Of a stretch of 36,584 nucleotides of DNA, positions 1 through 12,600 are shown piece by piece. The notes under the pieces were generated by a model. That model was not told the DNA's origin and did no database searches. It worked only from the letters and a program-made list of their open reading frames with translations. Each line of letters begins with the position of its first letter. Position 1 is the first letter of the stretch. Origin of the DNA: Octopus bimaculoides (lineage: Eukaryota); contig NC_068991.1 in assembly GCF_001194135.2 (NCBI RefSeq), positions 52,716,072-52,752,655 of the forward strand. The letters run 5' to 3'. A program made the translations under genes and the position numbers.

Positions 1-670
1 GTGAGCATTTTGTTTTTCATTTTCCACGTAGAAAAATACAGAAATTATGAATCTTCAAGAATTTTTATGGCCTTGCGCACGCATCTACACATATGATTCA
101 TACACAGAGGCTAACTATGTCACATTCATGCACCACACAAACCTTCCTCGTTTGTTTTCCATGCTCAATGCGCCCTTGTAGACACAACTCATCTCTGTAA
201 GACTCTATGTCTGTCACGCATACATAGAGAAAGTTGTTTGTCCCTTACAACGCGCCAGCATGCCACACTTTTCTTCCTGCATGATCGAGGCTTATAATAC
301 CTCATGCACTGGCTGGCAGCCTCAGCCTTACTGCATTAATCACTGGCATATTCAATACTGTACACTGTATTTGTAATCAATGCACTAGCATTAGCCTCAG
401 CCTTGCAAGCTCTATTGCACTCATGCATCTGTATTATGCATCTACAGCCTTGTTTTGCAACACATCTGCATCACCTCGATTCCAATCCCGACTCAAAGCA
501 CGTCGGATGTTCACATGCTCTGCGCTCATGTTTAAACATAATTTCCTCCGTTAGACCCCTGTTTGTTCACGTAATTAGCAGAAAAAATGATCTGTCTCGC
601 GCATCACTCCAGCATGCTTACACTGTCGTCCTTGCTAACTCAGCAATTAACCACGACAACAGCACCAGAC

Positions 671-787
671 GCATTTCACTTCGAGCATTTCACCTTCAAG
701 GCATTTCACTTCGAGCATTTCACCTTCAAGGCATTTCACCTTCAAGGCATTTCACCTTCAAGGCATTTCACCTTCAAGGCATTTCAC
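671..787. repeat. Minisatellite of 14-mer gcatttcacttcga (A) and 16-mer gcatttcaccttcaag (B): A-B-A-B-B-B-B-partial
   Basis: Read directly from sequence. Confidence 0.95.
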
Positions 788-1390
788 ACAGTGCAACCCT
801 GCAGGAAGATCTTTCTTATCACGGATTGAGAATGCATTCACTCGCTCACCTGAGCAATTTCGAAACGTGCCCCATGCACTCCTGTATACGCCCTCACGCG
901 CACACACGCACCAATTTGCTGTACTGCCCAGTCACTAACTGCACACATTTTAGCACGCAAAGCGACACTGTCCCGTATACACTTCAACGATCCTCTCTCC
1001 TGATATGCAAAATTTCTCCTCAACCATACATTATTTTTTGTCTCCTTTGTTCGTTCGTTTCCCTTCCAGGAACCTCACTGGCGAGGAGAGTGATGTAGTG
1101 GATCTTGCATGCATGAAGTGGATTCGATCCACTATAGCCAAATTTAAATTAACACTGCAACAGAACTTTTCCCACGGTGGAACAATGGTTTTTCTCTTAT
1201 AACAGTTTAATATTTTCCAGATGCCTTTAGCTAGGCCGAAACAATGTCTTCACCACTTGACCCTTTCTAACCTCTTTTACATCACCAAAATTTAGAATAG
1301 AGATGACAAGACTACTAACTAAATCTATTGTTCTCAATAATATATCTATCCTTCTAGATTGTTATAAGAGCAAGGAAACCCCAAGAAAAA

Positions 1391-1860
1391 TGTAGTTTAG
1401 TCACCAGTCGGTGATGACTCAACGAGAGTAGTCACTTGGTGACAACAGAGCGAAGCAGCTAGTGACAACTCAATTAGTTAGTGAATGGACATCTAGAGTC
1501 ATGGTCACAAGCAGGCAGCCACTAAAGACAAACAACCAGAGGGAGAAAGAAGGTTACAACCAGCCAACTATGAGACACAATTTCCCTCGACTCTACTCTA
1601 TAACTTTCACTAGCTCACTTTCTTTTCTCTGCAACATTACCATATCTCTGTCTATATACTGCTACAAGATCGTGTACACACATATACAGGCCGAAATTAA
1701 CTTTCTTTACCTTACATGCTTTATGAACTGTGTTATACTATTACACTAACCTACCCGTCGTGATATGGCATTTATTAAAGTAATGGTAAAGAAATATTTC
1801 TTTACAACTTCGATCACTGTTCATTGTTCATCATAATACCGTTACAATTGGTGACCCCGA
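1391..1860 (+). mobile_element. Gypsy-type 5' LTR (1391-1846, TGTA...TACA) with a tRNA-Trp primer binding site (1849-1860); no internal ORF follows
   Basis: TG...CA termini, 2-nt spacer, then TGGTGACCCCGA, complementary to the 3' end of eukaryotic tRNA-Trp; the 5' LTR edge is inferred from the TGTA/TACA symmetry. Confidence 0.65.
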
Positions 1861-1901
1861 ACAAGAGAATTGCAGCTTTCACACAAAACCTTCATCGTTA
1901 C

Positions 1902-1932
<31 letters not shown>

Positions 1933-2247
1933 AGTTAATAATTTTCTTGCAGCCATATATTTATTTTCATCAAACTAACAGGAAACTCTATGGTTACTCA
2001 AACTGTTAAAAAATAGCAGCCAAATCTTCCTTAAAACACACTGTAGTGTCTTAAAGGTGGAAGGTCACAAGGGTAATTTTGTCCTAGATACATTATGTCT
2101 AAATAAAAGATGGGATAGAGTTGACCTATTTATAGCTTGCCTTACAATCACAACATATTTTAATTGTTCATTTTTAAATGTTTTAGTTAAATTAAAATTC
2201 CCAGGAAGTGAAATATTTTTTTTAATTCCTCTTTTTTTTTTTTTCAG

Positions 2248-2275
2248 GCACCTTATTATCTTTATAAGACAAGCT
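2248..2275 (+). other. Candidate 28-nt upstream exon of the receptor gene (APYYLYKTS if coding, or 5' UTR)
   Basis: Very strong poly-T acceptor ttttcag| and donor |gtaagt; phase 0-1 is compatible with exon 6489; no ATG. Confidence 0.35.
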
Positions 2276-2454
2276 GTAAGTATTTAATTAAACTACCTTT
2301 AAGACTGAAAAATTATACTAGAATCATATTTATCCATATTAATGCACCTATTTTTTCTTTTATATTGAAAGACATGTAGAATTTAGCATTTTACAATTTT
2401 CAGTTATTCCATATCAGCAATCCAGTCATGACTACCATAGAAACTATTTGAGGC

Positions 2455-2870
2455 ACAATTATGTTGATGTGATGAAGAATAGATCTGGAGATATTGTAGT
2501 GATGTTAGAGAGAAGAAAGGTAGATGTGTGCTGGCTCAAAGTGTTGATAGGCAGGGGAGCTTCTGCCAGACTCTTCGCAGGCAATGAACACTGGTACAAA
2601 TTCTTTTAGTTGGGTAACTACATGACTGTAGGTTGGGAAAGTATGTTGCATGCAAAGAAATTGAATAGAGTGGTTGAGGTAGTCAGAGTATGTAACAGAA
2701 TAAATTTTAAATTAGGTAAGAAACAAAAGCAGTTGTTATATCTACTGAGACACCTCAGTCTGGATTGAGAGATGAGCAAAAGAACTATTTCTGTGACATC
2801 CGCTTATCATGGTTGGTGACTTTGATATACATGTTGGTACAAACATAGTAAAGTGGGCATAACAATGGTG
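2455..2870 (+). mobile_element. Degenerate RTE LINE apurinic endonuclease fragment
   Basis: RSGDIVVMLERRKVDVC-like translation; sequence resembles the intact copy at 36034-36584. Confidence 0.6.
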
Positions 2871-3033
2871 ATGACATTAGCAAATGGTGACTGACATGAA
2901 ATTAAACAAAATACTTGTGCATGTGTGTGTGTGTAATTTTTTTATTTGTGAATGAAGGTTAGCATTGGTTTCATGTTAAGAAAAGTAGGAAAATATCCTA
3001 GTGTCTTAATTCATTCAGTATTCCTCAGATAAG

Positions 3034-3851
3034 ATGAGAAAGGGACAATTTTTATCCCAAGCCATCAAAGACAAGAGGAGAGACTGCGCTACAAAGCTTT
3101 TGAACAAACTCAAGCACCCGCTCCAACCGAATATGCTTTGGTTTTTCTCAGACAAGAAAAATTTCTACCAGGATCAGATGGTAAACGCACAGAAACATTG
3201 GCTTGCTGTGTCCCTAAAACATGTACTGAGAGTGATAAAAATCAAACATCCAATCAACATCATGGTGTTTGGAGTGATTACTACTGATGGTGGTGTTATG
3301 TTTCCATTCATTTTTCCACATGGCCTTAGACTCAACACAGAGGCTTACATCAAGTGCCTGGAGGAGGTAGCGCTGCCCTGGGTCAAGAGGGTGGCTGCTG
3401 GAAGACCCTATGTTTGGCAACAGGTCTCTGCACCATGCCACACAAGCAGGAGAACACAGTCATGGCTGTTATACAATTTCTGCAAGCACATCACACCTAA
3501 CATCTGGCCACCTAACTCCCCAAACTACAACCCCCTTCGTTATTATGTGTGGGATGCAGTTGAACGAGAGACCAACAAAACTCTTTGTAACACAAAGGAT
3601 GAACTGAAAGCAAGGATTATAGCAACATTCACCAACTTAAACAAGGAGACCGTCCAGAAGAGTTGCAGGAGATTCCGAAGTCATCTGGAGGCTGTGGTTG
3701 AAGCCAATGGTGATTTTGTTGAATGAATTTACTCTTTAGTATTTCAAGATATTTTTATGTAATTTTGGTAAATATATCTGTTAAAATGAGATGTCAGTGT
3801 TATTTTAATTTTTGTGTAATTTAGATGATAATTTATTCACTGCACCCTGTA
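3034..3851 (+). mobile_element. 5'-truncated Tc1/mariner-superfamily DD37D (maT-like) transposon, inactive transposase (ORF 3034-3726), 3' TIR ending caccctg plus TA
   Basis: WFFSD, WQQ(V)SAPCH and WPPNSP..NPL(R)Y motifs with 37 residues between the 2nd and 3rd catalytic positions; these two Asp are V and R; terminal CACCCTG-TA at 3843-3851. Confidence 0.88.
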
Positions 3852-3865
3852 TATGTTTTTCTCCC

Positions 3866-4203
3866 TAGCCCCCTTTCTATCTCCCTCAGATATTTTTTCT
3901 CTACAGAGAAAAAGAGGTAGAGGTAGTGAGAGAGACTCATATACAACCACAGAAAGAGAGACAGTGAAAGAGATAGAGGTATATAGAGAGAGACATATAT
4001 ATAGAGAGAAAGCAGAGATCTGGTGTGGTGTCTCCCGTGTTTACTCTCTTTAACCCCCTTTCTCTCTCTCTCACTTGGTTTTTCTCTAAAGAGAAAAATA
4101 GGTAGAAGTAGTGAGAGAGTGACACATATACAACCAGAGAGAGAGAGAGGGAGGGAGATAATGAAAGAGATAGAGACAGAGATAGACATAGAGAAAGCAG
4201 AGG
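3866..4203. repeat. Two diverged ~185-bp tandem AG-rich units
   Basis: ccccctttct...agagaaaaa.aggtaga.gtagtgagagag...catatacaacca.aga...agagaaagcagag occurs near 3868 and 4053. Confidence 0.7.
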
Positions 4204-4800
4204 ACTGGCAATGACTTCAAAGGAATAAATGTAATGTATAAACTTAGAGAGAGTTGGAGGTGAATTGTGTGATAGGTGTAAAAAGCATTACAATGAAATC
4301 GACAGTACGTGGATTGCTAGAAATAGGAGCCAATACATTACCAACTCCCCCCACACACACACATTTCGTTTTTCGAAAATAAGAGCAGTTATCTGCAGAA
4401 TGGTTAAATTAATTTAAATGACACAAAAAATTTGAAATATTATCAATTTTATTTAGTGTTTTCAGCAGTCAACATACAAACAACTTTGCTTTTTATAAGG
4501 ATAGACAAGATAAGATATATATATATATTGGCAATTAGTAAGGGATTTCTCCAAATGTTCACTGGTTTGCTCCCAGTTAAGTATTCAAAATAGGTTATTC
4601 AACAGTTAGTTTACAAATCCAGTAATAATTCTCATATGATAAGAATTTAGAGCTATATTCTGTTGGATAATTCTAAATATATTACCTTTAACCGTATAGA
4701 TTTCCTGGTGTATTTAATACCAATGAAAATAATAATAAAGCTTCAAATAGACCTACACATGTTTCTACTGCATCAGTTAGTAACTGTTGCACTTGCATGG

Positions 4801-4961
4801 AAAGCACCCACTACACTCTTGGAGTGGTTGGCATTAGGAAGGGCATCCCGATGTAGAAACTCTGCTAGACCAGATAGGAGCCTGGTGCAGCCGCTGGCTC
4901 TCCACACCTCAGTCAAACCGTCCAACCCATGCTGGCATGGAAAACGGACGTTAATCGATGA

Positions 4962-4965
<4 letters not shown>
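4801..4965 (+). mobile_element. 3' tail of an RTE-family LINE/SINE (cactacactcttggag...catggaaaacggacgtt..gatgatgat), followed by (TA)n(CAGA)n
   Basis: The same tail ends the RT-bearing copy at 8730-9772 and recurs at 19210, 19740, 25100 and 31786. Confidence 0.85.
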
Positions 4966-5022
<57 letters not shown>

Positions 5023-6119
5023 CAGACAGACAGACAGAGTTATTCGTGATATACAGAAAGATCAGAAGACATGGTAAATTCGCAGCCGTTTAAATATCTT
5101 AATTGAACAAAGACTAATTTAGTATGCTTTTGTAAAAAAATATTGTTTTGCGTGAGTGTTTTCCCATGGATTAGACAGGTTTGACTGCGTCATGTCATGC
5201 TCCTTCATTATCTGGCACATACAACAACAGAAGAAAAAAAAACCTAACCCAATCTGCTGTTGTTAATTACATATTATTTTTAGTATGTCTTTATAGCTAG
5301 CTTGATACATTTTCTGTCACCAACCATTCCACAGCATCAATACTTTTTATCATGCCACTGAAACTAGAGAAATTGTTTGATGTAGGACTAAAGTAGTTTC
5401 TCTAATCTTCATTTTGTTCTTTTTTTTCTCCCTTCCTCCTGTTTGGGAAGTTTTTTACAACCAGATTCTTTTATCACAACTACTTTATATAACATTGATT
5501 GAATGCAATTTATTATGCCACTGGTACTTGAGAGATTGTGTGTTGTGAGATTAAAGAGTCCTACTTCCAAACCTCTATTCATTTATTTGGCATGGTTTTT
5601 ACCTTTAGAAACCCTTTCTGTTGCCAGCCTCATTGTTGACCAGGTTAATTTTATCATGTCACTACCAGCTCTAGAGTGTTTTGGGATAGTCTAAGTAACC
5701 CCCTCTATCCTGCATCAGTTTTTCAGTTGAGGGACCATATATTGCTCTACCAATGGGCTGACAATGGCAGTCTGAAACTACTGGGTAAAAATGTTGCTTC
5801 CATAATGTATGTAGACAGGATAAGGTTTATAGATGCAATCTACAAATGAAGTTTGTCTCACTGACATTACATAGTTTAGTTGTGAAGGGAGTATATATTG
5901 ATAGAATTTAAAGAAATTAGTGGTAGGTGTAGAGGGCGTGTTCTGTTTCTATAATTTATAAACTAAAACTTTATGTTGATAAACTCATTTAAACAAGATT
6001 TACATATTTCATATGATCAACTAAATTAGAAAATAATGATAAGAATGGTTAATTATCTCAACTAAGTGCTTTAGCCCCTTATTCCATGCTTTTTCTCCTT
6101 ATATAATATCCAAGAGTGT

Positions 6120-6400
6120 TAGCATATGGCTCAGTGGTGAGAGTGTTGCCCTTGTAATTTCAAAACTGTTGATTTGATTCCTAGACCAAGTTGCACATGG
6201 TGATCTTGAGAAAAACACTTTGTCTCATGTTACTCTGCAATTACTTTGACATCTGATGTGTAGCACAGTGTGCATGGGTACATGCAATGTTGATTTGATG
6301 GAGGGAGCGAGCTTATGTACAGCACAAACATTTGATCTTTATAAACAAATCATTCATGCAGAAATTGCTGAACCCTCACCTGTCATCTACAACAGGAATG
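6120..6400 (+). mobile_element. Degenerate tRNA-derived SINE
   Basis: A-box-like tggctcagtgg, B-box-like gatttgattcc, then gatcttgagaaaaacact resembling the core at 17960-17980. Confidence 0.5.
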
Positions 6401-6488
6401 TCCATGCTTATCCAAGAACTATTAATGATGTAAAAATTAGTTTTCTATAATGTCAGTAGATTTCAAAGAAACATTTTGCATGTTTCAG

Positions 6489-6617
6489 GTTGTCAGGAGG
6501 ATTTGGATGTCTTCAAACCTTTTCCTAATGGAAAGTACCCAGAAAAGCCAGAGATTCTTGAACTAACAGATTTCCTGCGAAAAGACAAAATAGGAATAAA
6601 AGCTGTGTGGAATGCAA
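6489..6617 (+). CDS. IL17R-like exon (start of D1): xCQEDLDVFKPFPNGKYPEKPEILELTDFLRKDKIGIKAVWNA
   Basis: Acceptor tgtttcag|, donor |gtaaga, 129 nt, phase 1-1. Confidence 0.8.
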
Positions 6618-9600
6618 GTAAGAAAATTTCTCTTAATTTCTATAAGCCATTATGTTATAATCAAGTGGTGCATATCCATCAAAAAATGTTTGCTGCATAG
6701 ACAAAGATTCCATTTCTTAAAGCAAATTAAGAAATTTAGTTTTTATATAGGTTTTGTACTAAATTTTATGTCAGATCTAGTTCTTAAGATTTGAATATTG
6801 TGATGTTTTATCTGTTATTATTGTATATTTCATTTAATTTTAATATTCTGTACTATATTCCAAGACCAGAATAATAAGAGGCAATTCTTTTGTAAGCTGA
6901 GTCTGAAGTCTGGTTTTGATTATCAATAAAATTTCTTTTCTTTTGGAACAAAGACTTTTGTAAAAGGCAGGACTATTCTTCTTGTGATAAATATGTAAAT
7001 GTTATATCCTTATACCTCCAATATCATAGTATGGTTGCTATTGTCAACAATAGATAAAAAAAATTAACAAACACAATAACAAACACGCAGCGAACCAACA
7101 ATCTTTTATTAACCAACAATCAATATTTCTAATACACTCACTCGAACTGTCAACTGTACCTTGACTTCGAAGACCAAACTATGAATTTCTGACTACGTGT
7201 CTGGAACACTGTATCACACAAACAATTCATATAGAAGCTTTATAGTTGTCTTAGTAGTCGGTTTATTGCACCTGCATACCTCTGGCCACTCTGTACAGCT
7301 GTCTACCATAATTAGATAGTAAGCACTGTTTGAAATTCCCCCATGATACCTGATGAAGGCTGGAGAGTACATCAATCGAAACGTTGTGTTAACAACAAAC
7401 AAGATGAGGACAAATATCCATCAACTGTAAATAAGGCAAATAATAATACACATTTCTGTAATCTACTCGGTACTACAACACTTGGCGCATAGATCAGAAT
7501 ATCGTTGCATATTGAGAAACTACTCGAATTTGCATTTTCATTCCGCTTATTTTTAAACTTTCTTTCATTTTTATAATATGTTCATCGCCTACAAATTTTA
7601 TTCTTATATTCTGTGCAGTCTCTGGCAGTTCTTGGATAGCATTAGTCATAATACTTTTTATTTCATTTTCTGTCTGCAGTGTGACTATCACAGTATCTTC
7701 TAATGGTTCCATATTTTGGGGAATTAGACAGTTTGCATGACCAATTTTTTTCCATGGAATATACTGCATTTTGAAATTGTAATTTAGTAATAGCTGGTTG
7801 TAGCTGGTTCATTGTATGGGTAGGTAACACTTTCTTTGATCCATAAATTGATAGCAATGGTCAATGATCTGTTTGTAACAGAAAACTTCTACCATGTAGA
7901 AACCTGTGAAATTTTTTTACAGCAAAGATAGTTGATAAGGCTTCTTTTTCTATCTGACTGTATTTTTTCACTGCTGCTATCAGTGAACATGAAACATGTC
8001 GTATAGCAAAACTGCTCCCATTCATGTAGCAAAACTGCTCCCATTCATGTAGCAATACTGCTCCAAAGGATCAGATGCTACAGGATCGAAATGCACTAGA
8101 GACAAATCTGCAATTAGAATTTTTTTTATTTCTTGAAACGTGTTGTAGCATTTAACCAACCAATTCCACTTTGCTTCCTTTTTTAATAAGTCATTCAGTG
8201 GAGCACTTAATTTGTGCATGTGAGGAATGTAGTTTTGGTAGTAGCTTGCCAGCCCAAGAAATGCTTGTAATGTAGGTATATTTGTTGGAGCAGGCATATT
8301 CTTTATTGCATCTCCCCTCAATGGGTCAGACCATCTACCATTTTTATCAATTATTTGCCCTTAGTACTTAATTTGAGGCAAAAAGAATTCGTATTTTTCT
8401 TCACTCAGAGTAAACCTGTACTCTTTAATTTTCTTAACCACAATTTTTATATGCTTCACATGCTGTTCATGTGAATTACTCTTAATCTATATATTGTCCA
8501 AATAAGGGATTGCAAATTCACAATCAGATAACATAGCTTCCATGATTTGCTGAAATATTGCTGGTGCAACCTTTAATACAAAAGGTAACCGGGTATATCT
8601 GTACAATCCTCTATGCGTATTTATTGTCAGATTCCTTGAGCATTTGTCATTTACTTTAATCAATAAATAAGTATTAGACAGATCCAATTTGGAGAAAACG
8701 TTTCCATCATTTAATTTTGTGTAAATGTTCTCTGGAGTTGGGAGTGGATGGTTGCATGTCCTTAGGTGACCAAGTCTGTAGTCAGGGTGGTTGCTCTGAG
8801 AGTGTAGTGGCTAGAATAAGGATAGCTTGGGCAAAGTTCAGGGAGCTCCTACCTCTGCTGGCAACTAAGGGCATCTCACTCAGGATGAAAGGTAGACTGT
8901 ATGATGCATGTGTGCAAACTGTCATGCTACACAGCAGTGAAACATGGCCATGACTGCAGAGGACAAGCATAAGCTTGAAAGAAATGAAGCTAGTATGATC
9001 CGCTGGATGTGTAATGTCAGTGTGCATACACGACAGAGTGTGAGCACCCTGAGAGAAAAGTTGGGCATAAGAAGCATCAAATGTAGTATGCAAGAGAGAT
9101 GACTGTGCTGGCATGATCATGTGTTACGTATGGATGAGGACAGCTGCATGAGGAAGTGCGACTCCCTAACTGTGGAAGGAACCTGTGAAAGAGGTAGACT
9201 CAGGAAGACATAGGATAAGGTGGTGAAGCATGACCTCCCAATATTGGGCCTCACAGGAGATCAAGATCTTTGAGGATATGCTGTGATTGAGAAGACCTGG
9301 CAACTAAAGTGAGATCACAGCCATGCATGTCTGACCCAGTTAAGAGTACCCCTGATGCATCATGCAATATGATATGCTTGAGAAGAACTGTTGAGTCAAG
9401 TAAAACCAATATTGTAGCTGTGACCAGTGCCCCCTGACTGGCTCCCATGCCTGTGGCACGTAAAAAGCACCATCTGAATGTTGCCGATGCCAGTACCCCC
9501 TGATATCCCCCACCCCGTGCTGGTGGTACGTAAAAAGCACTATCTGAGTGTGATCGATGTCAGGTCTGCCTCACTGGCACCTGTGCTGGTGGCATGTAAA

Positions 9601-12600
9601 AAACACCCACTACACTCTTGGAGTAATTGGCATTAGGAAGGGTATCCAGCTGTAGAAACTTTGCCAGATCAGAATGGAGCCTGGTGCAGCCGCTGGCTCT
9701 CCAGACCTCAGTCAAACCATCCAACCCATGCCAGCATGGAAAACAGATGTTAAACGATGAGGATGATTATGATACATGCATACATACATATATATACATA
9801 CATATTTAAATATATATATTTATTATTTTATTTTAATAGATTTAACCCATTTAAAAGGATTTAAAATTGAATATGAATATAAAGATTCTGGTATAAAAAT
9901 CTGTAGAATTTTGGACTTTTCTGAATATCTGAAGAACAAATCCATTAGTAATGTGAGTACGATTCTATCTTTAAAGAATCTTTCTTTAACCCCAGGAAGG
10001 TGGTCATCTACATGGATAATATTACTGACCCTGCATGTTGTATTGTTGATTTGCTGAAGATGAAATTATTTTTTAGCCCTGATCAAGCTGACTTTTGATC
10101 AGAGGTACTTCAGTCTTGACCACCTTGTATTTCATTCATACAGAGTGTTTCAAGGGATACATTTACAAATACCTTCATTTTACAAACAGGATGGGAAGTA
10201 ATTTGAGGGGTATCTAACTGTTATATTTAGTAGGCTAAGCAACCATATAGAAGTTCTCTCATTGGCCTGGTGAAGTTGAAGTATTTGGTGATGTTGAACT
10301 AAATTTTAAGGTTGATTATAAAGATAATGTTAGAGACAAAGGGACTGACGTGGACTCTTGGAGTGAAAGTTCTATTTTGGATGTTACTGAAGGAAGGGAC
10401 TTCTGACGAAATGGTTTGGTAAATATTTGTTCCTTTTCAAGGAAAAAATTAGAAGATTAAAGAAAGATGTGAATGTTTTTTGGCTTGGATTGTAGAAAGT
10501 AGAAGTTGTTGAGCATTGAAGGTTATAAAAGAACTAATGTAGAGGAGATGTTCTTAATGAAGTTTACACATGTGTAACATGTATGTAATGGGTCTGCTAT
10601 TACATGACTTTGTGAAGACTAACATCAACAACAGATTTAAAGTAAGCATGTCTAAAGAAGAATTATCACATTTCTTTGTATCTAAAAGAGTAGGCATTCC
10701 TTGCTACATAAATGGTAGTCAGCAATATTGAGGAAAGGTAATTGTGACTTCAATATTTTTGATGAAAAAAGTAACTGAGACAGAAGTTAGGAAGATCAGC
10801 AAGGTTCTAATATACACAGGTAAAAAAAACTATGAATGTTGTTGATAATGATAAATGTCAGTGAAGGTGAGAAGTGCAAGAAGCTTTGGTCTAAGATCTT
10901 AAAATACCTGCAAAATATGTGTTGTCACTTCAAATGATATCAATATTAATATAAATGGACCAACAAAGAATCGTTTACATAATCCTTGTGGAAGAAGACT
11001 GCAGTAAAATATTCTTAATAATGATAATTGGATTAAGATAATGGAAAATGATAACTGAGTAAAATAGCTGAGTGTTTCTATTTTTTAATATAGTTAAAAT
11101 TACTGTTATAAAGTTGTGAAGGAAGGGGGAAGGAAGGATGAGGGACTGAAGTTGAGGGGAAATGACATCACTTCCAGAAGTGGTGGGTTCAAAACAGTCT
11201 CTTTTTTGTGAGTGTGTTGTGAGCAGTGGATGTGTGTTGAGAATGATCTGAGCGCTGTAATTCTTTCTGGCTAGAGCTTGGGTGGAGGACATACGTGAAT
11301 ACTACCATTAAGTTTTGCTGGTTCCTGTGACCTGATGCTTGGAGGGATCATTGCCTGTAATAAGGGTTCTGGTGGGTATGGGTTACACAACAACCCTGGT
11401 GACTGCAAGAATGGTCGAGATCTGATGAGGAAGCACCAGTGTCAATACAGTGGATGGTAAGGAGATCAGGTGTAAGGGCATCAGCAAAGTGGAACTAGGG
11501 GTACAGGAGTTGGTGTTGAAGCTGTAGTCGATTGTAGTCAGTGAGGTGGTGGACAGTGTTGACATAGTAGTTGGCACGGATGTGATTGTATGTTTGGGTA
11601 GCATGATGGTTGGTGGGACAGGAGTGAAATTTGGGGAATGGTATTCCACATGCTGTGAGTGTGGAGCTGAGGATGAAGGCTGTAGGAGTGACAGGTTACT
11701 GTCAGAGAGAGGGAATACCATAGGTGCAATTGAAGATGAGGGCTTCTATGCTGAGTTCGATGGTGAAAGATGGATGGTGGAGTACTTCTGGAAAGAAGAC
11801 ACCCCCACCCCCATACCGAGAAACAGTGCAAGTTGCTATGAGCACACTTTGAAAGGAAAAGCCAGGTTCAGGTTTGAGAGAGAGGTGGATAAAGGAGGGA
11901 ATTTTGATACTATAGAATGAGGAAGTGATGCGCAGTGTGCTGCTGCTGCTGATGGTTGTATTTTAGCTGACAAAGAATAAAGTTTAACCAACGCTAGACT
12001 TTATAGAGTTGAATGAGCACATCTCCTGCCATATGGGTGGCGAGGCAGCTGTGGAAGTGGAGGCAAATGATAGGAGCAACTACAATTGTCAGCCTCAAGT
12101 CAGCCTATCTGCAGCTCCTCATGTCGGAGAAGTTGTGGAGGTATCAGCTAGTAGAACATACTATATAACTTGAATAGGTTTCAGCTTGAGTTCATCATCA
12201 AAGATCATGGCAAAGGTTCTCAAGGTAGTTTTAGGGTAACAGGCCAAAGTGGAGCAGGCTACTTGCTCATATATTAATGAGATGATAGTGTAGCATCAAC
12301 AGAAGAAAATATTCCAGTACAAATGGAGACACCTGAGTGTGGTGCTGCAGTAACCAGAGGTGGAAGGGGTCACATCTGTACAGATCAGAGATGAAGTGTG
12401 GGTGAAGTCTCCTAGTGCTCAGTGCACAATTCAGTGGGAGAAAGGGAAGGTGACCATAATCAGTACTTGAAATAATATATCAATGGATGGAATGCCATGC
12501 TACATCTTGGACATTCAGAGGGTTGTTAATTCCTCTGATGATGAAGAGGTGGGAGAGGCTGGCCCTGTGATCTTGTGAAGATCTCAAAGGGAATGTCAAA

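Noticed and set aside
403-1098. 231-aa ORF
   Set aside because: It starts at TTG, is His/Ser-rich, is inflated by the minisatellite and has no recognisable domain.
1213-1252. Hammerhead-like cagatg-cct..agg-ccgaaac-aat-gtc
   Set aside because: The CUGAUGA core is broken and stem I cannot pair; at most a fossil.
5451-5537. Hydrophobic frame FYNQILLSQLLYITLIECNLLCHWYLRD as a possible signal-peptide exon
   Set aside because: No ATG, ambiguous acceptor and only a weak donor (gtgtgt) in the needed phase; it needs cDNA evidence.
8003-8060. 23-bp tandem duplication tagcaaaactgctcccattcatg
   Set aside because: Local slippage in the dead Gypsy RNase H region; too short for a CRISPR-like array and it has no spacers.
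9420-9607. Repeat units as a possible CRISPR array
   Set aside because: The units are diverged full tandem copies without unique spacers, in a eukaryotic LINE 3' UTR.
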